From Armatimonadota bacterium (GTDB lineage: Bacteria > Armatimonadota > SYMT01): 64,000 nt of DNA. The position numbers and the translations under genes are program-made. The stretch lies in NCBI GenBank assembly GCA_041690135.1, contig JAWLHY010000004.1:32001-96000 (forward strand). Direction: 5' to 3'. Shown one piece after another: positions 55,406 through 64,000 of the stretch (its first letter is position 1; every line of letters starts with the position of its first letter). The notes under the pieces were generated by a model. It did not search any database. It had not been told where the DNA came from and saw only the letters and a list, made by a program, of their open reading frames with translations.

Positions 55406-57250
55406 ATGAACCGGCTCAGGATCAACCTGCTCGGAGGGTTGCGGGTCGATTGCGGCGACCAGGTACTCTCGCGCTTCCGCACGCATAAGACGGCGATGCT
55501 GCTGGCCCGGCTCGCTTTCCATCACCCCCGCCCTCAGCACCGGGAGTTGCTGGTAGAGCTCCTCTGGCCGGACGACCCGCCTGATGCCGGTCGCCGCAGC
55601 CTGAGCACGGCCCTCTGGTCGCTTCGCCACGACCTGGAGACGCTTGGGCTAAACGGGGAGGACGTTATCAGCAGCGACCGTGCCACCATCAGCCTGCGCC
55701 CGGAGAGCGTCCAAATCGACCTGCGGGAGTTTGAGGAGGCACTCCGGGAAGCACAGCGATGCGGCAACCCGGCCGACCGTGCCGCCTGGTTGAGTTGCGC
55801 CGCGGATCTTTACCGGGGCGAACTGCTGCTGGGTTATGCGGAGGACTGGATCTACCCGGAGCAGACCCGCCTGGAAGTCCTTCACGGGGAGTGCCTGCTG
55901 GCCCTGGTGGACGCGTGGGAAGGGGCGGGCGACCCACACCAGGCGCGTGAGGCCGCCGTGCAAGCCGTCCGGGTATCTCCTCTCTCGGAGGAGGCCTGCT
56001 ACCGGTTGATGCGGCTGTATGCGGCCACCGGGCAGCCGGCCGCCGCTCTGCAACTCTACCGAGAACTGGAGCGAAAGCTGCGTGAAGAACTCGACACCCG
56101 CCCCAGCCCCCTCCTCCAGCAACTGGCTCGGGAACTGACCGCCGCGCCGCGGCCCCAACTGTCGGCCCCTGCGGTGTCCGCTACGGTAACCGCACCCTCT
56201 CCCAATCCGATCCAGGGGGACGAACTTCCGCTAGAATCGACGGGAGCGATGCCGGTCAACTCCATGTTCTATGTGGAGCGACCTGTGGATGGCGCTTTTC
56301 ACCAGGCGGTGATACGCCGGGAGAGCACGCTCCTTCTTACGGGTCCGCGGCAAACGGGCAAAACCTCTCTCCTGGCGCGCGGTCTCCGGACGGCGCGCGA
56401 TCATGGCTGTTTGACCCTGCTGACCGACTTCCAGGCTTTGAACCCCGCGCAACTGAACGATGCAGGATCATTCACACGGGCCCTGGCCGAATCACTTGCG
56501 GACCTGGATGAGGTGACCGCCGATCCGCGCGAGAGCTGGAGTGAGAGTCGCAGTTCGGCCTTCAACCTGCGCCGCTTTCTCCACCGGCAGGTGCTGGGAA
56601 GCCTGGACCGCCCGCTCGTCTGGGCGATGGACGAAGTCGACCGCCTCTTCCTCTGTCCCTTCGCCGCAGAGATCTTCGGGCTGTTCCGCTCCTGGCACAA
56701 CGAGCGGGCGGCGGACCCGGCCTCGCCCTGGAACCGGCTGACCCTGGTCCTGGCCTATGCCACGGAGGCGCATCTCTTCGTTTCGGACCTCAGCCAGTCC
56801 CCCTTCAACATAGGCATCCGGTTCGAGCTCGCCGACTTCACCGGACAGCAGGTGGAGGACTTGAACCGCCGCTACGGCTCGCCGCTTGGGGATGAGCGGA
56901 GCCTGGCACGCTTTCAGGGGCTCGTCGGCGGTCATCCCTTTATGGTCCGCCGCGGACTGCAGGAGATGGTCCGGCAGGGGATTACCCCGGCGGAGCTCGA
57001 ACAGATGGCCGGGCAGGACGGCGGCATCTTTCGCGACCACCTCCGCCGGCTCGTCCATGGCCTCGCCGGAGATTCCGCTCTGTTGGCAGCCGTCCGCGGG
57101 CTCCTTTCCGGCACACCCCCTCCCGACGAAGCGTTTTATCGGCTGCGAAGTGCGGGCGTGTTGAAGGGAGAGGAACCGGGGAGTGCAGAATTCCGATGTG
57201 GGCTTTACCGGCTCTACCTGCGAAAGCACCTGCCTTCGGTGCCGGAATGA
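55406..57250 (+). CDS. SARP-type wHTH/BTAD activator fused to an AAA_35-type STAND NTPase
   Basis: RINLLGG, LVELLWPD, LYRGELL, PLSEEAC..LMRLY; FYVERP, GPRQTGKTS, DEVD, SPFNIG, GGHPF. Confidence 0.88.
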   Translation: MNRLRINLLGGLRVDCGDQVLSRFRTHKTAMLLARLAFHHPRPQHRELLVELLWPDDPPDAGRRSLSTALWSLRHDLETLGLNGEDVISSDRATISLRPESVQIDLREFEEALREAQRCGNPADRAAWLSCAADLYRGELLLGYAEDWIYPEQTRLEVLHGECLLALVDAWEGAGDPHQAREAAVQAVRVSPLSEEACYRLMRLYAATGQPAAALQLYRELERKLREELDTRPSPLLQQLARELTAAPRPQLSAPAVSATVTAPSPNPIQGDELPLESTGAMPVNSMFYVERPVDGAFHQAVIRRESTLLLTGPRQTGKTSLLARGLRTARDHGCLTLLTDFQALNPAQLNDAGSFTRALAESLADLDEVTADPRESWSESRSSAFNLRRFLHRQVLGSLDRPLVWAMDEVDRLFLCPFAAEIFGLFRSWHNERAADPASPWNRLTLVLAYATEAHLFVSDLSQSPFNIGIRFELADFTGQQVEDLNRRYGSPLGDERSLARFQGLVGGHPFMVRRGLQEMVRQGITPAELEQMAGQDGGIFRDHLRRLVHGLAGDSALLAAVRGLLSGTPPPDEAFYRLRSAGVLKGEEPGSAEFRCGLYRLYLRKHLPSVPE

Positions 57251-57274
57251 TGCCGGACGGAAGAACTGACGATC

Positions 57275-60200
57275 TTGCGATCCCAAGACCCGGATAGCAC
57301 TCCACGACTACCCTTTTACGTGAGCGGCGGTACGCTGCGAGCCGATGCCCGCTGCTACGTCCACCGCGAGGCGGATGAGGTGCTCTTCCGAAGCCTCTGC
57401 GCGGGAGAATACTGCTACGTCCTTACCTCGCGGCAGATGGGGAAGAGCTCGCTGATGGTGCGCACGGCCCTCCGACTCCGCGAAGCCGGCATCACCCCCG
57501 TGCTCCTTGACCTCACCGCCCTGGGACAGAACCTCACGCCGGACCAGTGGTATCGCAGCCTGCTCGACATGGTGGGCGAGCAACTGGCCCTGGAAGACGA
57601 ATTGGAGGCCTTCTGGGAGAGCCATCTCCACGTGGGCCCCATCCGGCGCTTCGTCGAAGCCCTCATCCAGGTCGTTCTGCCACTTCTACAGGATAAGGAC
57701 AGTGGGCAGCGGGCAGAAGTCAGCAGGCAGACGGTAGAAGGCAGTGGGCGGAAGCTCGTGTTGTTCATCGATGAGATCGACACGGTGCAGGCACTGCCGT
57801 TCTGCACGGACGAGTTTTTCGCCGCCATCCGCGAGTGCCACAATCGCCGGAGCGACACCCCGCTGCTGGAAGGCCTCACCTTCTGTCTGTTGGGCGTAGC
57901 CACCCCCAGCGACCTGATCCGCGATCCCCGCACCACCCCCTTCAATATCGGACGAAGGGTGGAGTTGACCGACTTCCGCTCCGCCGAAGCGGCGCTTCTG
58001 GCGCATGGATTAGAACCCCTGCGCCTCGACCCTGCCGCGGTGCTGAAGCGGGTCCTTCACTGGACCGGCGGCCACCCGTACCTCACCCAACGGTTCTGCC
58101 AGGCCCTGGTGGAGCAAGGGGGTGTCCAAAACCTCCGGGATGTCGATGCCGCCTGCGAAGCGCTGTTTCTCAGCAAGCAGGCGCGGCTCCGGGACAACAA
58201 CCTTCTCTTCGTGCGGGAACAGGTTCTCCGCTCCCAACTGGCCGACCGTTCCCTGGAAGAGACGCGGTCGGCGGCCCTGGACCTTTACCTCCAGGTATGG
58301 CGGGGACGGAAGGTGGCGGAGGATCCGGCGGACCCCGTGACCGGCCTCCTCCGCCTGGCGGGATTGGTCCGGAGCGAGCGAGGACGCCTGTACCCACGCA
58401 ACCGCATCTACACCCGCGTGTTCGACGGGGAGTGGGTCCAGAGCCAGTTACCGGAGGCGGAAGTGCTGCGCCAGCGCACTGCCTTTCTCCGGGGCGTGCG
58501 GCGCACGGCATCTGTTGCCGGCGTGGTGCTGGTCGTGGTCGGCGGCCTGGCTGTTTCCCTGGTCGTGACCTTAAAGGAGAAGGACGCGGCCCTCAGCCGT
58601 CTCCGGCTTACACTCGGCAACCTGGAGCGGCAGACCGCGCGGGCCGAACAGGAAGCCCACCGCGCGGAACAGGCGGGGCGCCGGGCCGCACTGGGCGAGC
58701 GGCTGGCGGAGCAGCGCCGGGCAGAGACCGAGCGGGAACGACAGGGCGCCCGCGCACTGCAACAGATAGCCGAAAGTGCTCGCGACCAGGCTCAATGGCG
58801 CCTGGCACAGATGCATCTGACAGAGGGCTGGCGTAAGATCGAGGAGGCCCAGCCGGCCATTGGCCTGCTCTGGTTCGTGGAGGCACTCAAGCTTCTAGAA
58901 GGCAAAGCGGCGGAGGAGCAGCGCGTTCTTATCGCTACCCTCCTCCGCCTGACGCCCCACCCCCGCCTTACCTGGAGCCATTCGGGGCAGGTCCAGTTCG
59001 CCCGGTTCAGCCCGGACGGAAGTCGGGTACTGACCGCGGCTAACAACGGTTCCATCGAAGTCCGGAACGTCGAGACGGGCGAACGGGTGGGGAAGGCCCT
59101 ATGTGGAATAGGGTTGCCCAGGGACGCGAGTATCCAGCAGGGCGGAGTCGTCCGGGTAGTCTGTGTCCAGGGCAAGGAGGCCCGTGTCTGGGATGCCCGC
59201 CGGGGCCTGCCGGTAAGTCCGCCTTTGCGTCACCCTGCGGGAGTAACTTACGCGGCCTTCAGCCCGGATGGCCGCCACATCACCACCTCCTGCGATGACG
59301 GAATGGCAAGGGTCTGGGATGCCTACACCGGTGCCTCGGTTGTTCCGCCGCTGCGACACGAGGCGAGCGTCTGGCATTGCACCTACACGCCGGATGGGAA
59401 GAAACTGCTGACCCAGGACGCCAACCGGCAGCTCTTCCTGTGGGAACTGGGAACCGCTTCTTCCTCTCGCAGGAGACATCTTGGGGCGGCCGAGACCTGG
59501 GGAATCTGTGCCGCTACCGGTGCCCTGGTCGCGGGAATGCGAGGCACGGAGCGCTCCGTTCTCCTGCATTCCCTCCGAACCCAAGGGGCCGTCGCGCAAC
59601 CGCTGGACCATCACGGAACCATCTTCCAGGCTGCATTCAGCCCGGACGGCCGCTGGGTCGCCACGGCCGGCTCCGATCATTTCGCCCGGGTGTGGAGTAC
59701 GGCAACCCGCCGCCGGGTCAGCGTACTTCCTCGTCACACCGCACCGGTGGCGGGAGTGACCTTCGGCCCATACGCCTCTCAACTCGTGACTACCTCCGTC
59801 GACCGCACCGCCCGGGTCTGGAGTACGAGCACGGGAGTACCCCTCTCCCCACCCTTGCCGCACGGCGGTCCCGTTCTCACCTCCGTCTTCGCTCCCAACG
59901 GGCAACACCTGGTCACGTTGGGAAAGGATGGCCTCGTACGGCTCTGGGATCTGGCCACAGTTGATCGCGCCGCCGCGGAGGTCTACTCTCGCGAGGAGGA
60001 ACAAGTAACTTCGCTGCACCCCGACCGCGATCGGTGGATCACCGCCGGTCCTCTCGGAGCGGGAATCTGGAAGATCAGCGACGGCACCGCCATAGCGAGC
60101 GGGTTGCCGCATGCGGATCCCGAACACTTCGCACTGCCCCAGTTGAGCCCGGATGGAAGGCGTCTGGTTACCCGGTCCCACAAACCTGCGGGGCTCCATT

Positions 60201-61843
60201 TCTGGCAGAAAGATGGAAGGCTGACGACGGGTCGGAACAGCGAACTCCACCGCTACTACGTGCTCGCGGTCGACCCGACGGGGCAGCTCATGGCGGCCGG
60301 CACTGGGGGAGGCGGTATCGAGGTACGCCGAATGCGGGACACGGAACTGATCACTCTGATCCGCAGAAACGGACCTGTGCTCAGAGATTTGTGCTTCAGT
60401 CCGGATGGCAAACTCCTACTCGCTTCGGATGCGGAGGGCAAAGCCCGCCTCTGGAGCGCTCACAGCGGCAAACCCGCGGCGCCCCCCTTATCCCACCTGG
60501 CGGATATCCGGTTTGGACAGTTCAGCCCCGACGGTCGCTGGGTCGCCACGGGGAGTGAGGGCAGCAAGGCGCAAGTCTGGGAGACGGCGACCGGCCATCC
60601 CGTGACGCGTCCGCTCCCCCACGAGGCAGTCGTTACCTCGCTGCGCTTTCATCCTACTGGAAAGACCCTCGCCACGGCGGGGCGTGACCGGGTCGCGCGG
60701 GTCTGGCGCTTGCCCGAGGGCACGCGCCTCGGCTCTGCGATGCACCACCGGGAAACGATCACCGACCTGGCCTTCAGTCCGGACGGTCAGTGGCTGGCAA
60801 CCGGCAGTGAGGACGGCACCGTGCGCGTGTGGGATGCGCGGACGGGTCGTCCGATTACCCCCTATCTTCCCGTCGGCGAAGGGGTCAGCCGGGTCGCTTT
60901 CGGATTGGATGGTAAGAAACTGTATGTCGGGACGGATAAGGGTGCCGTGCAAACCTGGAACTTGAACCCCGACAACCGTTCGGTCAGCGACCTGAAACGC
61001 CTGGCGTGGTATCTTTCGGGTCACCAGCTGAATGCGGCAGGCGGCCTGGTCCCCCTGGAGGCCGACACCCTGGCCCGGCTCTCGCGCGAGCTTCGCGAGT
61101 TTTCGCCCTCTCCCCTGCGCTCCGGGACCCCTCAGGTTCTCGCCTGGCACCGTCGCGAGGCCGCGGTGGCCGAGCGCGACGGGATGTGGGTGGCGGCGGC
61201 CAGGCACCTCGACCCCCTGCTGAAGGAGTACCCGACGTCGCGCTGGCTGCGCGTGCGACGAGCTCACGCCCGATCCGAGGCGGAGCTCTGGTCCGGAGCG
61301 GCCGAAGATTGGATGCGCCTGCGGAAGCGGGAGCCGCATGACCCGATCTTCTGGTATCAGGAAGCCCTTTGTCGCCTGGGCGCGGACGATCTCGGAGGGT
61401 ACCGAGCGACCTGCCGCGGGATGTTGCGTCAATTCGAAGATGCGTCCGATCCCCGATCTCGCGACCTCACTGCCTGGACTTGCGCTCTGGGTGACTGTTC
61501 ACCGGACGCCCGGGCGCGAGCACTGGCCCTGGTGGAAGACCTGCTGAAGGGCCAACCGGAGCACGAGAATCACCTCAACACCCGGGGATTACTTCTTTAT
61601 CGCGCCGGACGGCATCACGAGGCGCACGTGACCCTCCAGCGGGCCATCCGGCTCCGAGGCGAGAACGGCTCTCCCGTCGACCGCCTCTTCAGCGCTCGCG
61701 CCCAGGCCAGGCTGGGCGACACCCGCGCCCTCGCGGGAGCCCGCGAGGACGTGGAAGAGGAGGCCTCTCGCCTGGTCGCCGCCCTCAAATCTGCCTGGGC
61801 GGACCGGCTGGAGATGCGGTTGTTCCTGCGGGAACCGGACTGA
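57275..61843 (+). CDS. AAA_35-type STAND NTPase with TM helix, WD40 propellers and TPRs
   Basis: SRQMGKSS, IDEID, TPFNIG, GGHPYLTQ; hydrophobic helix; many FSPDG...ARVWD repeats. Confidence 0.9.
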   Translation: MRSQDPDSTPRLPFYVSGGTLRADARCYVHREADEVLFRSLCAGEYCYVLTSRQMGKSSLMVRTALRLREAGITPVLLDLTALGQNLTPDQWYRSLLDMVGEQLALEDELEAFWESHLHVGPIRRFVEALIQVVLPLLQDKDSGQRAEVSRQTVEGSGRKLVLFIDEIDTVQALPFCTDEFFAAIRECHNRRSDTPLLEGLTFCLLGVATPSDLIRDPRTTPFNIGRRVELTDFRSAEAALLAHGLEPLRLDPAAVLKRVLHWTGGHPYLTQRFCQALVEQGGVQNLRDVDAACEALFLSKQARLRDNNLLFVREQVLRSQLADRSLEETRSAALDLYLQVWRGRKVAEDPADPVTGLLRLAGLVRSERGRLYPRNRIYTRVFDGEWVQSQLPEAEVLRQRTAFLRGVRRTASVAGVVLVVVGGLAVSLVVTLKEKDAALSRLRLTLGNLERQTARAEQEAHRAEQAGRRAALGERLAEQRRAETERERQGARALQQIAESARDQAQWRLAQMHLTEGWRKIEEAQPAIGLLWFVEALKLLEGKAAEEQRVLIATLLRLTPHPRLTWSHSGQVQFARFSPDGSRVLTAANNGSIEVRNVETGERVGKALCGIGLPRDASIQQGGVVRVVCVQGKEARVWDARRGLPVSPPLRHPAGVTYAAFSPDGRHITTSCDDGMARVWDAYTGASVVPPLRHEASVWHCTYTPDGKKLLTQDANRQLFLWELGTASSSRRRHLGAAETWGICAATGALVAGMRGTERSVLLHSLRTQGAVAQPLDHHGTIFQAAFSPDGRWVATAGSDHFARVWSTATRRRVSVLPRHTAPVAGVTFGPYASQLVTTSVDRTARVWSTSTGVPLSPPLPHGGPVLTSVFAPNGQHLVTLGKDGLVRLWDLATVDRAAAEVYSREEEQVTSLHPDRDRWITAGPLGAGIWKISDGTAIASGLPHADPEHFALPQLSPDGRRLVTRSHKPAGLHFWQKDGRLTTGRNSELHRYYVLAVDPTGQLMAAGTGGGGIEVRRMRDTELITLIRRNGPVLRDLCFSPDGKLLLASDAEGKARLWSAHSGKPAAPPLSHLADIRFGQFSPDGRWVATGSEGSKAQVWETATGHPVTRPLPHEAVVTSLRFHPTGKTLATAGRDRVARVWRLPEGTRLGSAMHHRETITDLAFSPDGQWLATGSEDGTVRVWDARTGRPITPYLPVGEGVSRVAFGLDGKKLYVGTDKGAVQTWNLNPDNRSVSDLKRLAWYLSGHQLNAAGGLVPLEADTLARLSRELREFSPSPLRSGTPQVLAWHRREAAVAERDGMWVAAARHLDPLLKEYPTSRWLRVRRAHARSEAELWSGAAEDWMRLRKREPHDPIFWYQEALCRLGADDLGGYRATCRGMLRQFEDASDPRSRDLTAWTCALGDCSPDARARALALVEDLLKGQPEHENHLNTRGLLLYRAGRHHEAHVTLQRAIRLRGENGSPVDRLFSARAQARLGDTRALAGAREDVEEEASRLVAALKSAWADRLEMRLFLREPD

Positions 61844-61939
61844 TTCACAGCGCCAGGACATCGAACTGAACCTCCACCCTGGCCCGCCGGGTGATGGAGC
61901 CCGCGCTGGGATGCGAGCACCCTTAAGGTCAGGCGCGGC

Positions 61940-62698
61940 TTACTGCCCGTATCCGTAGGGAGAGGGCTGGTTGGGATCCAACTCTACCCGCGCGGCAGCC
62001 TCCTGATCCAGGGCGAACACCTCCGCATAGCCCACGGCCATCATCAACAGGCTGACCGGCAGCGTGATGAGCATACCAAACCCTGCCAGGAGCCCGCCCA
62101 GGCTCGCCACGATCTGGATCACCAGGGCCCACAGCACGTACATCCCCAGGAACGGCCGCGTGGCCCGCGCGCTGGCCGACATCGCGTCGCTCATCGACAT
62201 CCCGCGGTCCACCACCAGGATCGGCACGTACAGCCAGAGCCCGGCGAGAATCAGGCCCGGAACCAGGCAGAAGAGGGAGGCCACACCCACGGCCAACCCC
62301 ACCACCAGCATCGTGCCGAACAAACGGATGGCGGTGTCGGCCGGCACCATAATGTCCCGGTAGTCCACCGTCTGCCCTCGCACCTGCCGGGCGGCGATGT
62401 GAATCATTCCGGCATAGAGATAGCTGGTCGGGACCCAGGCCACCACCACCGCAAGGATAATCGTTCCGATGAGCACCAGCACACCGGTAATGTCGCCCCC
62501 TCCGGCTGCCACGGACACGAACCCGAGCGCTAATCCAACCATCACTACCAGGGTCACGAGCAACCCGGGCACAAAAAGTAGGATCAGGGAGTGAACGACC
62601 CACACCGCCCACGCCTCGCCGAACAGGTTGAAGGCCCGCGACGTCCAGTCACCAAACCGGGGACTGATCTCCCGGATGTCGTAGCTTCCCATCATCAT
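61940..62698 (-). CDS. Membrane hypothetical protein
   Basis: About 5-6 hydrophobic segments; GGAGG RBS; overlaps the upstream stop. Confidence 0.75.
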   Translation of the reverse strand: MMMGSYDIREISPRFGDWTSRAFNLFGEAWAVWVVHSLILLFVPGLLVTLVVMVGLALGFVSVAAGGGDITGVLVLIGTIILAVVVAWVPTSYLYAGMIHIAARQVRGQTVDYRDIMVPADTAIRLFGTMLVVGLAVGVASLFCLVPGLILAGLWLYVPILVVDRGMSMSDAMSASARATRPFLGMYVLWALVIQIVASLGGLLAGFGMLITLPVSLLMMAVGYAEVFALDQEAAARVELDPNQPSPYGYGQ

Positions 62699-63483
62699 CT
62701 GGTCCTCCGCGGATAGGGAGTAGTCCCTGGACTACATTCTCCCTCCATCAGCCGTGAGCCTCCAACAGTTTTGCCTTCGGCTTCCAAGGCGGATCTCAGC
62801 ATGGCTACGTACTCCTCCAGAACCTGCCGCTGGCAGGGGTGCAAATCCACGCCGGAGCGCTTTTCCCGCACCCGGCGCACCGCTTCATCCGCCGTTGCGG
62901 CGTGCCCGGCGGCCACCAAATACGCCGCCACGAACAGGGCGCTCCGCCCATGCCCCAGGGCGCAGTGCACGTAGACACTCCCTTCCGCCAGGCGCCTCCG
63001 CATGTAATCGACCCCGACGATCAATTGCTCCAGCGAAGGCGCGCGGGTGTCCAGCAAGGGAATGCAGTGGTAGTGAAGCACCCGCTTCCCAGTTCCCGGC
63101 GCGGGAAACTCGCTGGTCAGGTCGAGCACCCCAGAGATCCGCAACCGGCCAAAGAGCTCGGGTTCGAAAGCGGTGGGCTTGCGGCCCAGGTAGAGACCCG
63201 GAACGATTTCGTGGAAACCGGAATCCCGCGCCCAGCGCAGCGCAGCCAGGAAACCACCATTGATGAGCAGGTAAGGCCAGAAGACGGCATAGGCTACGGG
63301 CGCGAACTCTCCCGTCACCCTCTTACCGAACACCCGCGGCCCGAGCCATCCATACGCCAGCCCCACCCCCGTGAAAGCGAGGGCCGTGCAAACGAGGACC
63401 AGGCGCTGCCAAAACGGACCCTCCTTCGCAGCGTAGAGAGCACAGGTCGCTCCAAGAGTGAGAAAAGCCAAAGCGTACTTCAT
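62695..63483 (-). CDS. Membrane-anchored dual-specificity phosphatase
   Basis: LYLG, VLDLT, IPLLD, VHCALGHGRS (CX5R). Confidence 0.9.
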   Translation of the reverse strand: MKYALAFLTLGATCALYAAKEGPFWQRLVLVCTALAFTGVGLAYGWLGPRVFGKRVTGEFAPVAYAVFWPYLLINGGFLAALRWARDSGFHEIVPGLYLGRKPTAFEPELFGRLRISGVLDLTSEFPAPGTGKRVLHYHCIPLLDTRAPSLEQLIVGVDYMRRRLAEGSVYVHCALGHGRSALFVAAYLVAAGHAATADEAVRRVREKRSGVDLHPCQRQVLEEYVAMLRSALEAEGKTVGGSRLMEGECSPGTTPYPRRTR

Positions 63484-63517
63484 CTGGCGGACACCGCGGC
63501 GGAACCGGCAGAACGTG

Positions 63518-64000
63518 CTATTGTAACGGCGCGCGCCGGCCGCGGGTTACGGTCGCCCAGAGGCCCAATACCAGTCCGATGAGGATGCCGACCGCTCCAC
63601 AGAGCGGTCCGAAAAGGATGGCGAGGATGACGGCGACGTAGAACGGCTGTCCCCCGGCGCCCACCGAAAGGGAACTCCCGAAGGCGATCAGGAGACCGAT
63701 CACGGCGCCGACCAGAATCCCGGCCACCACCCCGGCCGCCCCGCCGACCCACGCACCACGTAAAGCTGGGGAGCCACCCTCGGAAACCTCCCGCAGGGCG
63801 TGACCGACGATGCCGCCGGTGGCGCCGCCGGCCGTGACGGTAATCAGCAGCACCAGGCCGGGGGCGAGACGGAACTCCGGAGCACTGAAGAAGAGGGCAT
63901 GAATCACCAGACCGCAGAGCCAGCCGATCAGCCCACCCGTGATCCCCGCCCGGAACGGTGGGCCCAAATGGGATACGCTCCAGTTTCGCCGCTGCGCCAT
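63518..64000 (-). CDS. Gly-rich membrane hypothetical protein
   Basis: Four hydrophobic Gly-rich segments; ATG at the window edge, so it may extend further. Confidence 0.6.
   Translation of the reverse strand: MAQRRNWSVSHLGPPFRAGITGGLIGWLCGLVIHALFFSAPEFRLAPGLVLLITVTAGGATGGIVGHALREVSEGGSPALRGAWVGGAAGVVAGILVGAVIGLLIAFGSSLSVGAGGQPFYVAVILAILFGPLCGAVGILIGLVLGLWATVTRGRRAPLQ

Overview
GC-rich bacterial chromosome segment, probably Armatimonadota (inferred from the DUF1559-type prepilin proteins, the LacI-prepilin pairing and a PEP-CTERM protein). Most of the window is ordinary metabolism, signalling and secreted-protein content: ispH, pepD, two sigma factors, a homogentisate cluster with hmgA, hisD, ispE, S8 proteases, two-component systems and an AAA_35 STAND pair. 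The outstanding locus is a minus-strand operon at about 14.7-22.9 kb. It encodes a small protein ending in Gly, nine CCA-less tRNAs, a TROVE/Ro60-vWA protein, an Rnl2-type RNA ligase, a methyltransferase, a possible E2-like protein and a ThiF/E1 enzyme. Interleaved are four non-coding RNAs that share one conserved outer scaffold (Y-RNA-like) but carry different translation-machinery mimics. Three are circularly permuted tRNAs (Tyr-GUA, Arg-GCG, Lys-CUU), each opened at a different point and each keeping its anticodon arm. The fourth fuses a sarcin-ricin loop to a 23S rRNA H43-H44 GTPase-associated-centre mimic. Upstream lie two tandem modules of sigma70 promoter, 52-codon leader ending GPPx-stop and terminator/antiterminator, which look like translation-sensing attenuators. 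All structures were folded by eye and reference sequences recalled from memory; novelty was not checked against any database.
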